A stretch of 63,336 nucleotides of DNA, filler included, from Octopus bimaculoides (taxonomy: Eukaryota): NCBI RefSeq assembly GCF_001194135.2. It is 9 parts of 7 records of this genome, joined end to end, with 100 filler letters (N's around TTAATTAATTAA, not from the genome) between each part and the next. Parts side by side here need not be neighbours in the genome. Positions count along the whole stretch, not along the records: positions 48,736 to 55,343 come from NC_068986.1; positions 55,444 to 62,174 come from NC_068986.1; 7 more parts are not named here. The stretch is one strand, 5' to 3'. Of this stretch, positions 48,636-62,174 are shown in pieces (the stretch's first letter is position 1; every line of letters starts with the position of its first letter). The notes under the pieces were generated by a model. That model did no database searches and was not told the origin of the DNA. It worked only from the letters and a program-made list of their open reading frames with translations. A program made the position numbers and the translations under genes.

Positions 48636-50600
48636 NNNNNNNNNNNNNNNNNNNNNNNNNNNNNNNNNNNNNNNNNNNNTTAATTAATTAANNNNNNNNN
48701 NNNNNNNNNNNNNNNNNNNNNNNNNNNNNNNNNNNTGTGGTATTCTCTTGGATTTCTTCAATCCCTATTACCTATTACTGTATATACATACATATATATA
48801 TATATAAATATGTGTATCTATATGTATTTATATATATAGTTATATGTACGTATGTATGTATGTATGTATGTATGTATGTATGTATGTATGTATGTATGTA
48901 TGTATGTATGTATGTATGTATGTATGTATGTATGTATGTATGGTGTTATCTAGTTACATATCTTTGCTTACTCATTTAAAATTCTACAACGATTTTCGTG
49001 GCCTTTCAACATTCCCAGTTCAAGGAACAGAACATAAATAAATATATAAATATACACATAAATAAATATATTTACAGAGGCAGCTTGGGTAAGCATTCTT
49101 TCTTTTTCAGAAAAGTGAAGGAAAACCTTGTGAAGGAGAAACAGCGATTGGGCAAAATATCAAAGGAAAGAAAAATACCGCCATAAATTTTCCTTCTTAT
49201 CTCTTTCCTTTACACAGTGACACATCGGAAGGTTATCACAAACAGAATAAACAGAACGAACGCGAGCATGCAGCATTAACAAAACAAATAATGCTGATAC
49301 TACGATTAACATTAAGAACACCAACAGCAACACCGCTACTACGACAAGCATTGCTTTACGATAAGGCGTTTCAATATACGTAAAATAATTTATATATTAG
49401 TCGTGCGCACAAACGCGCGTATTCTGGAATTCAGATGCATCAGTCCACACACGCGCACTCATGCACAAACACACACATGGAAGGACAAGCACAAACCCAT
49501 ACTGTCACACATACAGAGTTCTTTGCATGTTGGAGTGTTTATGAGAATAGATATGGTTTTTAAATATATGGATTCTGGCTTCGTATGGCAGGAGACAGCA
49601 TGTAATGCTAGCAGTTAAAACGAGACAAGACAGCGCCGTATGATGATATGTATATGCTCGTATGCTAATACATATATACATACATACATACATACATACA
49701 TACATACATACATACATACATACATACATACATACATACATACATGCGTACATACATATATGCACAGATACATGCATGCACATATGCATGCATAAACACT
49801 CTCACACAGAGACATATATAAATATGTATATATATATATATATATNNNNNNNNNNNNNNNNNNNNNNNNNNNNNNNNNNNNNNNNNNNNNNNNNNNNNNN
49901 NNNNNNNNNNNNNNNNNNNNNNNNNNNNNNNNNNNNNNNNNNNNNNNNNNNNNNNNNNNNNNNNNNNNNNNNNNNNNNNNNNNNNNNNNNNNNNNNNNNN
50001 NNNNNNNNNNNNNNNNNNNNNNNNNNNNNNNNNNNNNNNNNNNNNNNNNNNNNNNNNNNNNNNNNNNNNNNNNNNNNNNNNNNNNNNNNNNNNNNNNNNN
50101 NNNNNNNNNNNNNNNNNNNNNNNNNNNNNNNNNNNNNNNNNNNNNNNNNNNNNNNNNNNNNNNNNNNNNNNNNNNNNNNNNNNNNNNNNNNNNNNNNNNN
50201 NNNNNNNNNNNNNNNNNNNNNNNNNNNNNNNNNNNNNNNNNNNNNNNNNNNNNNNNNNNNNNNNNNNNNNNNNNNNNNNNNNNNNNNNNNNNNNNNNNNN
50301 NNNNNNNNNNNNNNNNNNNNNNNNNNNNNNNNNNNNNNNNNNNNNNNNNNNNNNNNNNNNNNNNNNNNNNNNNNNNNNNNNNNNNNNNNNNNNNNNNNNN
50401 NNNNNNNNNNNNNNNNNNNNNNNNNNNNNNNNNNNNNNNNNNNNNNNNNNNNNNNNNNNNNNNNNNNNNNNNNNNNNNNNNNNNNNNNNNNNNNNNNNNN
50501 NNNNNNNNNNNNNNNNNNNNNNNNNNNNNNNNNNNNNNNNNNNNNNNNNNNNNNNNNNNNNNNNNNNNNNNNNNNNNNNNNATATATATATATATATATA

Positions 50601-50765
50601 TACGACGGGCTTCTTTCTGTTTCGATCTACCAAATTCACTCACGTAGTCGGCTTGAGGATATAATACAGGATACTTGCCTAAACTGCCACGCAGTAGGAC
50701 TGAACCCGGTACCAGGATCCAAGTGGTTGGGAAGCAAGCTTCTTACAACAGAGCTACGCCTGCGC
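50601..50765 (-). mobile_element. SINE family B, 5' part
   Basis: TACGACGGGCTTCTTTC...CCACGCAGTAGGACTGAACCCGG...GGAAGCAAGCTTCTTAC...CCTGCGC. Confidence 0.8.
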
Positions 50766-51771
50766 TGATGTTTATACATATATATGTGTGTGTGTATATT
50801 AGTATATTACAATGCTAATTAGTACCCCCAACCCGTCCTCAGAAGCTTTTAGACTTAGTGTCTATAAAAATGGTTGGGCTACTCGTGTAGCTGGGATCGG
50901 CCAAGTCATGTAATCATCTATGATGAAACCTCAATAATTATCGAAAATCGATTATCAGCCTTCTTCATGCTTCTTCTTCAGTCTATGGACAAATGTGCAT
51001 ATTTGACATGCTTGTATGTCTTCTACATAGACTTACATATACATGTTTCGCATCTAACCACAGATACTTCTTTTATCTTTCAGCTCTGATTGCGAACACA
51101 CGTAGCCTTCTCTTCTCCGTCGTTTGCTCAAGAATATCTTCCAGGATTTAATGAATATTTTCCTTCTCTTTCATGTTGCACTTGTTGCACTAGAGCTTTA
51201 TATTGCCTCCGTCTGTTCTATGTCGTAACCGTTTAAATTGTTATAATTATCATAAAAACATGTTTTTACACAAATACACACACACATACACACAAGCATG
51301 TATATAAGATTAAATGTACCATGCAGTCGTTTGTCTAATAGTTTACGGAAATTTTCTTTCCCTGTCTCTGTTCCGGTTAATAGAGCTAAAATGTAAATAT
51401 AACTTATTGTTGCCTACTTTCTATTAAATATGTTTTCAGACAACGGTATCCGATGTTTGCTGATATTCCTAAGGTACGCTGCACTGTCTGACTCGTCGAA
51501 ACCGCTAAAATCCCTGATAAAGTAGACGATGAAGTTTTCCTGTTTTGACACTTTGTTGTAATCGTAGGCTGGTATAATATTTTTAAAAATTTCGTGACTA
51601 TTCCTGATATGTGTGTGTGTGTGTGTGTGCGTTCACCCACAGAACATGTTTATCGATTTCATTACGCAACTGGCTGGGTTATCATCAAACTAGCTGTCTG
51701 TCTGTCATTCTCTTTCTCTCTCTTTCTCTCTCTCTCTATATATATTTACATACATATATATATATGTGTTT

Positions 51772-51816
<45 letters not shown>

Positions 51817-52738
51817 TATGTGCACACATACATACACGTATACACACAAACACTGACAATGACATACACATATTCACAAACCTACAAGTACCAGTTATAT
51901 ATCTGTGCGTGTGAAAATGCTATCAAGCTCACCTCCTACTCTGCTATATCTGTATGTACTCGTCACTCCTACTGTCTAAAGACACAGGAACACACACATA
52001 CACACACACACACAACACTCACACTCACATACGACACACACACATATTCATACAACCAGACACATTCTCACTTACACATACGCTCATACACCGTAAAATA
52101 CAGATATTACAATACATGTTTATCAAGTATGTATATTTGCATATGCACATGTCTTTCAATATAAGGTTAACAGTACATTCAAGATTCTCTGGCCATATTG
52201 ATTCTCTTTCCACCATCAGGCCCTTTCATCGGGGAAATGGTTTTTTTTTCTATTTATCAACAGCGTATACATATATATGAGTGTGTGCGCGCAAGGCGAC
52301 TGATAAGTTGATTGATAAATGCATACTAACATAAATTCATACATACCAATAAATGTGTGAACCTGCATGGATGGGTTTCTTTCTATATATGTACGCATGT
52401 AAGTATGAATACCGATACATGAAAAGAAATTTTCCACGAAACTTCTATTTTGTTTTTATCCCTTCTACATGTTATTTTCCTATTATATAAATAGAATTGA
52501 CATTATTCAGATTCTTAGGTGCCAAACTAACATTCTTGACGTCTTTGAATTCTTAATTCTAAGACAAACATCTTAGTATATTCTGTATTTCTAGTACATA
52601 ACATAGCTTAAGGGAATGATGTCGACTTATATATATATGATGTTCGTGTCTTCCTATATGTGTGCGTGTATGAATGTCTGTGTATGCGAGTGCGTGTATA
52701 TACATATACATAGATATGTATGTGTGTGTATACATGCA

Positions 52739-52773
<35 letters not shown>

Positions 52774-53800
52774 NNNNNNNNNNNNNNNNNNNNNNNNNNN
52801 NNNNNNNNNNNNNNNNNNNNNNNNNNNNNNNNNNNNNNNNNNNNNNNNNNNNNNNNNNNNNNNNNNNNNNNNNNNNNNNNNNNNNNNNNNNNNNNNNNNN
52901 NNNNNNNNNNNNNNNNNNNNNNNNNNNNNNNNNNNNNNNNNNNNNNNNNNNNNNNNNNNNNNNNNNNNNNNNNNNNNNNNNNNNNNNNNNNNNNNNNNNN
53001 NNNNNNNNNNNNNNNNNNNNNNNNNNNNNNNNNNNNNNNNNNNNNNNNNNNNNNNNNNNNNNNNNNNNNNNNNNNNNNNNNNNNNNNNNNNNNNNNNNNN
53101 NNNNNNNNNNNNNNNNNNNNNNNNNNNNNNNNNNNNNNNNNNNNNNNNNNNNNNNNNNNNNNNNNNNNNNNNNNNNNNNNNNNNNNNNNNNNNNNNNNNN
53201 NNNNNNNNNNTGGGGGGAGCTAGATATAAACTGATAGATATATAGAAAGATAGATACATAGATAGGTACAGATATATATGTAAGCATATCTATATACACG
53301 AACATATATACGGTTATACATACCTGCATACATACAGACAGATATACACACGTAAACACACACACACACACATACACAATTCAATGAAAACTGAAGTGCT
53401 CGGTAAATATTCACAAAAACATGTAGGCACTCGCACAGACACGTGCACACCGAAAGGACACATAAACGCATGACAAACAGACACACAAATACACACAGAC
53501 ACACGTTAGTAAAGAACTAACGAATGACTGTTGAATAACACATTGGTGGATGAATCCTTTTTTTTTTCAAGTGAAGTACGCTGTTAATATGATACCAATG
53601 GTTTCAGATATGTACATCCACAATTATTCAATCATAGTTGATTCTATATGACGACACAGATATCTTCGTAGTTAACAATGTTCACGGAAGTAGAATAAAC
53701 AAAGGGATTGTTTCAGTGAGTAAACTGAAGCAAACATGAAAGGGCATTTCTGTTGTTCATGCCTCGATATTGTATGTCATTTATATTAATATATGTTCAT

Positions 53801-54190
53801 AGGCCAAGGTGTAGCCGTGTGGTAGGAAGCTTGCTTCCTACCTACATGGTACTACCGCGTGGTATCTTGGTCAAATATCTCATATAGCACCGGGCCGACC
53901 AAATCCTGTGAGTGGAATTTGTAGACGGAAAGTGAAAGAAGCCCGTCGTATATGTATGTATATAGGTATATGTGTGTATCTTTGCGTTTCTGCTTCTTCC
54001 CCACCACAGTTCGACAACTGGAGTTTGTGCGTTTACATCCCCGCAATTTAGCGGTTCGTCAGAAAGTGTGAGACGGAATAAGTACCAGGTTTCAAAAAGA
54101 TAACCCTGGGGTCGATTTGTTCGGCTAATACCCATTCAAGGCGGTCCCCTATCATGGCTGCGTTCAAGTGAAAGTAACAAATATAAGATG
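53801..54190 (+). mobile_element. SINE family B, diverged
   Basis: GTAGCCGTGTGGTAGGAAGCTTGC...GACGGAAAGTGAAAGAAGCCCGTCGTATA...CCTGGGGTCGATTTGTTCGGCTAA...AAGGCGGT. Confidence 0.8.
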
Positions 54191-54749
54191 AATGATACTA
54201 TTAATAAATTATGAAGTAATTATGAATTGCCAGCCAAATACTTGTAATGAAATACATATCTATATATAGTCATATTTACACACAGTGATAGAATAACATC
54301 AAAAGCAAATGATTAATACAATGTGCTGCAGTAATTAGGCACGTGCGCCTCTCCGTTATACGAACGCGACATAGCAATTTATAAGCTGACAACTTTCTAA
54401 ATGCTGCAAAACTATTTGTACAAGATGTTCAGAAAATAATTGGAAGCTTCTGGGCAGAATATTTGAACTGGATAGAAGAGAAAAAGATCCTTAAATGTTT
54501 GGACTGTGAAGAGCACTCATCCAACGGTTTCAAAACATTATCCATGTTTTTACCGGATAATCAATTAGGGTCATCAGATATTGGGTTAGATTACCAGAAA
54601 TGTTTCATTCAAGTGGTATCTATTGAAATGAGGACAAATCATATCGGCAAAATAGCCGTTTGAGCAACGCCAAGGGGCTATTGAAAGTTTTAAATCTTTC
54701 ACAAACATACTCGGGTTCTTTTCTGATGTAGAGAAAAACGTCTCAGAGT

Positions 54750-55030
54750 CATGAGAAATGGGAGATATTTGTGAGCACATCTTTTTGATGCTGTCAGAGA
54801 GGTGCGTATAATTTTCTATTGAGTACGCAACGGAAGGCAATGCATGTTTCAACAAACCTCAACACCGGCTCATAAATCCAATGTTATCCAAGAATGGTGG
54901 TCAGTCATTATTTGCGACCAGGTATCATAAATTTTGTTCTCCAAATTCGGCAGATTTTAACCCTGTAGACTCGTAGCATTGGAACCCTGTTCAAATAGAC
55001 ACTAATCGATATCCTCACGATGCCTAAGTT
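54750..55030 (+). mobile_element. Tc1/mariner transposase catalytic-domain fragment
   Basis: VRNGRQCMFQQTSTPAHKSNVIQEWW then SPNSADFNPVDS*HW, matching FQQD.APAH and PPNSPDLNPLD..W. Confidence 0.7.
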
Positions 55031-55220
55031 CATTCAAGTCAACATTTGTTCAGGTGTTATTCGAAATGTATATGGAACATTTAGCGCAGCAATGTTAACA
55101 ATTTCGGTCCGACACAAATTTTATGAAAATAAATTTAGTTTCCGTAAGATTATTGTTTTATTAAATTATAAAATATGTCCTCAAATACAATTTGCAACAT
55201 GTATGGGAGTGTGTGTGTTA

Positions 55221-55268
<48 letters not shown>

Positions 55269-55443
55269 GTGTGTGTGTGTGTATGTGTGTGAATAACATA
55301 GATAGCTAGGCAGATAATTAGATAAATACATACACGTATATATNNNNNNNNNNNNNNNNNNNNNNNNNNNNNNNNNNNNNNNNNNNNTTAATTAATTAAN
55401 NNNNNNNNNNNNNNNNNNNNNNNNNNNNNNNNNNNNNNNNNNN

Positions 55444-55918
55444 CTCTTACTGAGTGAGAATCGTTGCAGGCCATGCAGGTAGGCACTAAAGTCTACTCTG
55501 CGTTCTGACCCACCAGTTGTCCCGAACAGTCGGGCAAAGTGCTGTTGAAAGGCCTCGCACATCCTTTCAGGCTCGAGTAATTCGCGCCCTACTTCATCTG
55601 TCAGAGACCTCTAATGGTGGTTCTGTTGCCTCGTTGCGCCTCCGCTACTCGGGCCTCTCGGGCCGCTCCAACTCCCTCGTCCCTCAGAGCACGCATCCTA
55701 GCTCTGACAACGCATCCTTCGTGTTTGGCGTTGAAATGTTGGTCGAGGGCCAACCTCGCTGCCACTGCGTTGGACGCGATGCCAGTACTAAGTGCCTCTT
55801 TTAATTTCTTTACTAGGTCTCCCTCTATTCTATTTCGGTCTAACGCTAGGGCCTTACTGTACCTAACCGATTCTGACTTGATTGCTTTTTTGAGGGCATA
55901 CCACCATCTGTTGTTGAT
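55444..55918 (-). mobile_element. L1/Tx1-clade LINE ORF2 fragment (endonuclease-to-RT linker)
   Basis: RWWYALKKAIKSESVRYSK...KHEGCVVRARMRALRDEG: WW..LK..I and G..VR.R.....EG patterns of the L1/Tx1 linker; GC-rich island in an AT-rich context. Confidence 0.6.
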
Positions 55919-55919
55919 G

Positions 55920-55999
<80 letters not shown>

Positions 56000-57035
56000 G
56001 TGTGTATGCATGCATCTGTATATAAGCATATGATCCGTCTCTGGATAAATTGTGCTTCTGGCAGTCTGATAGTAATAGATACCTCTAATCATGTCATATC
56101 TTTGTCACGGGTGCTACAGAGAGAATAGCAAGAGTACTGCTTTTTGTGCACTATAGGAGTTCCGAATTCTCAGTTTGTATATATGAATGTAAAATGGCTT
56201 CCGTTGGTAAACGCCACTACATATATTAATAGTTAACTGCACAAAAATGTTTGGTTATCCTTCTCGCTCCTCACTTACTCTAACTTTTAAACCACTGCGT
56301 ATCCTCATTTGTAACCATATAAGCATACTTCGCTTCCTGATGTAATCTCCTCTGCAAAATTTGAAATTGTTACGTTTGTCCATGCTGGAAGCATAGAACA
56401 AGCCACGTACATATGAGTGTGTGTATGTGTGTGTGTTTGTGCGTGCGTATGTGTAAGTATGCAAGTGTGCTTTGTGTCTGTATATGTATCTTCAGTTGTA
56501 AAGCAGTTAAGTTGTAAAACTGTTCAGTTCATGGTTTATACAGAACAAAATGTAAAATTTTTAAATTCAATCCATAAAAATCAGTTAGATAAGCGCGATG
56601 CTACAATTTATCCTTCCTCACTCTGATATCATCAAGAAAACCCCTTGAAATAGTTGTCGTGTCACAGGTGTAATCCAATGAGAAAGAGTTACAAATAGTC
56701 TGCTGGTGCATTTGCTGCCACTTGAAAGCTTCGCATACTGCACGCTAGTACGTTTCGGGATTCATTGGGGGAAAAAACAAGGTCTCGAGGCTTTTTTCTC
56801 GACTACTTTACAATACCCCGAACATTCTCACTGATGTGAGGCCCCGCCTACTCGATTAACATACTAGTATTTAACCATAAACATTCGACCTGAAGGATAA
56901 GGAGGCAGGTAGATCGATGTTATTGAAGAGTTTGATATGTATGATATTTTCTAAACTCCCCCAATCCTGACCTTATTCTCTTCGTCCATGTCTCAGTGAT
57001 ATACATCGACCATCTAAACTAGACTTAAAAGTAGA

Positions 57036-57242
57036 CCTAGGGAGAATCATACTGTTTGCCACGTAACCTTCTCCTTAAATGTTGAAACTAAGGTAGGCAA
57101 GAAGTTTCTGTGTGTTTTAGATAAGCATTTCCCAGCAATCATAAATACAGGAAGATTTTAAACAGAACTTCACTTAAAATAACGTACAGTTGCTAGTCCA
57201 GTTTGCAAAACATTACGCTGGGCAACAACAAAAAAGTATTTT
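57036..57242 (+). mobile_element. PLE fragment (post-RT linker)
   Basis: FSLNVETKVGKKFLCVLDKHFP/NHKYRKILNRTSLKITYSC*SSLQNI matches the PLE motif PPYS.NV.T.IG..FL..I.KHFP..H...KIFNR...K.SYSC. Confidence 0.75.
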
Positions 57243-57479
57243 CTGCTACCCAGACAAATAGCACTGTACTAAAATATCGAGTATGCTGATTCCGAATCTG
57301 AACTCAGAATTGCTGTAGCATGTCAGAATTTTCAGTTATGTGCATAATTATATATTAATAATAAATTAGTATCAAGACTAGTTAAGTTCAAGGTAAATAA
57401 TTATTATGATAGTATATTATTAGTATTGTATATAGTATATTCATGTTCAAGGCAAATAGATGTCTTGCAAACAACTCGC

Positions 57480-58200
57480 ACATGCAAGTGCTACCAGTCG
57501 AGAACTCCGCATACCGGAGGCCAGCAAGTGTATGGGGTCATCAGGAGAGAATGCGCGCCGTTTCGAGGCCCCGCTTGCTAGATCAACTGGTTATTAAAAT
57601 CAAAGCTCAATATTTCTCTAGCCATCGCTCATCGTCTCTTTTTAATCAAATCCAGTGGCTAGCCTTCTCCACTGTAGTTTGGATATCGGTCATGGTGGTA
57701 TTCCCCTGGATATAATATAATGGTATATAGTATATTTATGTTAAGGGGATTCTCACTTTATTTTTGATGTACTCGGCTCAGAAATGTTTGAGACACTTGC
57801 TCTTGCGCTTATGCGTCGTACTGGTCTCCCGTTGTAGGAACTAGCAGTGGTCACCCATCATATCTGGATTGAACCGGCCTTGATATCACGTTTCCATCTC
57901 AATATGTCCTGGTAGAACCTCTCATCATGCTCATCATTAACGCTACCAACATTCGTTGGAAAAAATTGGAGATGAGAATGCAAGAAGTGCATCCCATTAT
58001 TTCATATGTTGTGAGCATGTTGTTTATTGAATCAGCATAGTCTTCCAAGAAAGTTCTGTACAACTAACACGAATGAATCCCATGCCTTCAGCTCAACTGG
58101 ATTCAGTTTACCTCTGAATTTGCTATCAAACATCAATTCTATGATCACGGGTCTATTGAAAATGCTTGCTTTCACCAAATTTTACTTTTAGGTATCGGAA
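57480..58200 (-). mobile_element. DNA transposon 3' remnant, probably Chapaev3 (CMC superfamily) transposase C-terminus
   Basis: Minus strand, joined across frameshifts: ELKAWDSFVLVVQNFLG / DYADSINNMLTTYEIMGC / HFLHSHLQFFPTNVGSVNDEHDERFYQDI / ET*YQGRFNPDMMGDHC*FLQRET. The superfamily assignment is from memory of this motif family. Confidence 0.7.
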
Positions 58201-59300
58201 GCCACAACCATCGTGTGCCATTGCACCCATACGCTATCACACACACATGCGCACGCTTATACACATACACACCGATACCAACCATTTTTCATACTCTCCT
58301 GCCCCAGAAAGCACTTTTTCTTTGTCCATCTACGTCCAGTCATTTCAAAAATGTAATTACACGCGGGATCTTGACGATTTTTTCCCTCCGTCTTCCTTTT
58401 CTTTTGTTTTTTTCCTTTGTCTCCTGCTTCCGAAGAAGAGCTGGGCTTGAAACGTAAAACAGCCACTCTTTCTTTCCTTCTCTGAGCGTCTCATTATTAC
58501 TTTGCATGTACTACGTCCTCGCGTTGTTGTTTTTTACTTGCTGTCTTTTTCTGCGTCATACATACATATACACACACACATATTATGTATCATTTAATTA
58601 TATATTCATACATTATATTATATACATATACGTATATATACTGAGAGAGAAAGAGAGGAATAGAGATTAATAAATAGTTAGATAAATAGTTAGATAAAGA
58701 TATAAATATATAAAACGAATTCATTGTTTAAATAATAATCAGTTAAACAGTAAAAACAAGAAAATATTCTAACCTAGTAAGAAAAATGAAAATGGGAAAA
58801 AGAAAGGTCCGAAAACAAAGGCTGTATAATGTAGTAAAGCCAATGTAAACAAAAATGGGTGTCTCTGTTTTCATAAAAGCCGGTCTATAAGCAGTCATGT
58901 TTTACGACTATTAAGTTTATCAATATATCTATTATCGCTGTTAACCAATATGTATATACAACCTAGACAACATACCTTATTGATTTCATATTCCTGAAAT
59001 ATGTTACCACAGAGTATTAAATTTCTAGTCGTATACAACATAATGTCGGACATAGCGTAAAATGTCATGAATAGGTGTGAGTGTTCGAGTGAATGTGTGA
59101 CGGTGTGTGTGTGTGTGTGTTTTTTGTTTGAGAGTGTGTATGTGTGTATGCATGTGTGCGCTTTATGGTGATGTGAGGGAGCGTCAAACAATAGGCGCGA
59201 ATATACTCGTGAATTTACGTGAATGAGTGTCAAGATGCATGTAACTGTAAAATTAGATTGAGTACAATGTTAGTAAACGGGTGTGTGGATGTAAATGAGT

Positions 59301-59685
59301 GGAGGCGCAATGGCCCAGCGGTTAGGGCAGCGAACTCGCGGTCATAGGATCGCGGTTTCGATTCCCAGACCGGGCGTTGTGAGTGTTTATTGACCGAATA
59401 CACCTAAAGCTCAACGAGGCTCCGGCAGGGGATGGTGGTGAACCCTGCTGTACTCTTTCACCACAACTTTCTCTCACTCTATCTTCCTGCTTCTGTTGTG
59501 CCTGTAATTCAAATAGTCAGCCTTGTCACACTGTGTCACGCTGAATATCCCCGAGAACTACGTTAAGGGTACACGTGTCTGTGGAGTGCTCAGCTACTTG
59601 CACGTTAATTTCACGCGCAGGCTGTTCCGTTGATCGAATCAACTGGAACCCTCGACGTCGTAAATGACGGAGTGCCATCTCTAAA
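59301..59685 (+). mobile_element. SINE family A, full length, with ~14-bp TSD
   Basis: Starts GGAGGCGCAATGGCCCAGCGGTTAGGGCAGCG; GGATGTAAATGA(G/A)T at 59287-59300 and 59686-59699. Confidence 0.95.
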
Positions 59686-60289
59686 GGATGTAAATGAATG
59701 TGAGTGTTGTTGTGAGTGCGATTGTATATCAATGTGTGTAAATGTGCGTCTATATGTGTGTGAAGGACTATGGGAGAAAGTGTCAACCAATGGCAATGAA
59801 TATGCATCGTGAATGTCTGCAGAGGTGAATGAGACTTTAAAGTAAAGCTGAGTAGAGGTATATCTAAGTGTAAACCGATGTGAGTGAACGTGTGTGAGAG
59901 TTTAAGTGAAGCTTTTATCATTTGCGTGTTTCACTCATTTGAGTGGGAACATACTAGAGCACAGCGCTGAAAGGTTTGATCGGATAAATCAATCTTTGTA
60001 CATTTTTTTTTCTTGTCTGGGACATATTCTGTCTCTTCGGGAAACCTCTAAGTTACAGGAACGTAAACAAAAAAAAAAGCACCTATTGTCAAGCAGTGGT
60101 AGGGGACAAATACGCGTTCATACGCACACGCAGGCACACACACTCTCGTACACAGACACACAGAGACACACACACGCACAAACACCCATACATCACTGTA
60201 GAAACCAAAAATCCGTTTAGAAATTTCCAACCTTTGCAATGCAATGAATGCTTCTAAGACAATGAATGCAGACTTTCAAATATTCCAAA

Positions 60290-60900
60290 ACACCACATTC
60301 TATACTACTATACTATCACACTACTATACTACCGTGCCCATCATCACTAGCACTGAAACCACCACCAACACCACTCTCTACGACAGGATTGATCTAGGGC
60401 TAAAATCCCCAGTACCACTACCATTACCACCAATATAACATCCACCACACCACAAATACCACAACCACATCCATCACTAATATTGGTCTCAAATTTTAAC
60501 ACAAGGCCAACAATTATATTGACCCCAGTGCTCAACTGGTATTCATTTTATCGCTCCATCACCAATATTACTAACACCACCACTACCGCCGGTACTACCA
60601 TCAACACTACCACCACCACCATCTTTCCACAGCTATCAGCAGCAAACACTTACCACTGGAATAACCATCGGTATCACGTCTTTCACCACAGCCTCACAGT
60701 GCATTATCACCAGCAGTAACAGGCCTATTACTAGACAGACTTCCGCTGCAACACAAACACCAGCAACAACACCAATACCACTTCCACCAACAAGGACAAC
60801 AGCAACAACAACAGCAATGTCGACAACAACAACAATGTCGACACCAACAACACCTCCACCATCAAAACTACTATCACCAGCATACAATAACAGTCGATAA
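60290..60900. repeat. Cryptically simple (ACC/ACT/ACA-derived) low-complexity region
   Basis: Degenerate trinucleotide periodicity visible throughout. Confidence 0.75.
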
Positions 60901-61102
60901 CCAGCCCCAAGTATATGCAGCAAATATCGAAAGAATATATTTTTTTAAGGCTTCGCTTTAAATTTTAAACAGTTGTATTCTGGAATATTAGTGATAGCAA
61001 TATATATATTGTATTTTTTCATGTACAATTGCGCGCGTGTGTATGTCTATTTGTATAAATATACACAAACACATACACATGCATATATATGCACGCATAT
61101 AT

Positions 61103-61472
61103 GTTGTTGGCACTCCATCGCTTACGACGTCGAGGGTTCCAGTTGATCCAATCAACGGAACAGCCTGTTCGTGAAATTAACGTGCAAGTGGCTGAGCACT
61201 CCACAGACACGTGTACCCTTAGCGTAGTTCTCGAGGATATTCATCGTGACACATTGTGACAAGGCTGGCCCTCTGAAATACAGGTACAATAGAAACAAGA
61301 AGAAAGTCGTGGTAGAGGAGTAGAGCAGGGTTCACCACCATCCCCTGCCGGAGCCTTGTGGAACTTTAAATGTTTTCGTTCAATAAACAATCACAACGCA
61401 CGGTCTGGGAATCGAAACCACGATCCTATGACTACGAGTCCGCTGCCCTAACCGCTGGGCCGTTGCGCCTCC
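61103..61472 (-). mobile_element. SINE family A, full length, with 42-bp flanking direct repeat
   Basis: Reverse complement of 59301-59685; flanks 61061-61102 and 61473-61514 match at 38/42 positions. Confidence 0.93.
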
Positions 61473-61575
61473 ACACACAAATACATATACATACATATAT
61501 ATGCACGCATATATACGAATACATAGACATGTATACATATACGTACATTAAAATATCAGACGAGTAAATTTAAAC

Positions 61576-61912
61576 CAGTAGATTTAATCAGAGTCCATAT
61601 GGTCCCTGAGGGTCCATATAAGTTTTTGTGGAGGGGGTGGGGTTCATGTAACAAGACAGTAAATTGGGGATCCACAATAGAATTTTAAGGGTCTCTGAAA
61701 AAATTTCACTTTAGATATATGTATTGGTATACGTTGCAAGAAATAGCTAGGCTACTTTTTCTAACAGTTTACGTAGTTCAAACTTCACAAGTTAATGTGT
61801 GAAAAACAAAATACGAATTTTAAAAGAAGTTTCTATAAAACTAGCTTTTAAACATCGAATGGCTATGGGAATAAAATAGTAATCGATAAAAAATGGTTGA
61901 GAATATTTCATC
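61576..61912. mobile_element. Non-autonomous hAT (Charlie-like) DNA transposon, degenerate
   Basis: Right end AAAAATGGTTGAGAA and left end CAGTAGATTTAATCAGAGTCC resemble CAGTGGTTCTCAACC-type termini; no ORF. Confidence 0.5.
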
Positions 61913-61965
61913 TAAATGAATATGGATTATGTTTACATGTGTATGTATATCTATGAATCAGCCTC

Positions 61966-61966
<1 letters not shown>

Positions 61967-62057
<91 letters not shown>

Positions 62058-62174
62058 TGACTCTCTCTCTCACTCACTCTCTCTCTGTCTCTCTCTGTCT
62101 CTCTCTGTCTCTCTGTCTCTGTCTGTCTCTGTCTCTCTCTCTCTCTCTGACTCTCTCTCTCACTCTCTCTCTCT
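61967..62174. repeat. (CT)n/(CTGTCT)n microsatellite
   Basis: Directly visible up to the gap. Confidence 0.95.

Noticed and set aside
50900-51180. Possible decayed RTE 3' end with GAAGAAGAAG tail on the minus strand
   Set aside because: Similarity is too weak to call without a search.
8184-53377. Long ORFs in the track made mostly of X
   Set aside because: They are read-through of N gaps, not coding sequence.
54535-54585. Minus-strand CTGATGACC...GGTAAAAACATGG, hammerhead-like
   Set aside because: Lacks GAAA and has only a 2-bp stem II; compatible with chance.
59301-59375. tRNA-like sequences at the heads of SINE A, B and C copies
   Set aside because: They have A and B boxes but no complete cloverleaf and continue into SINE bodies; not tRNA genes.
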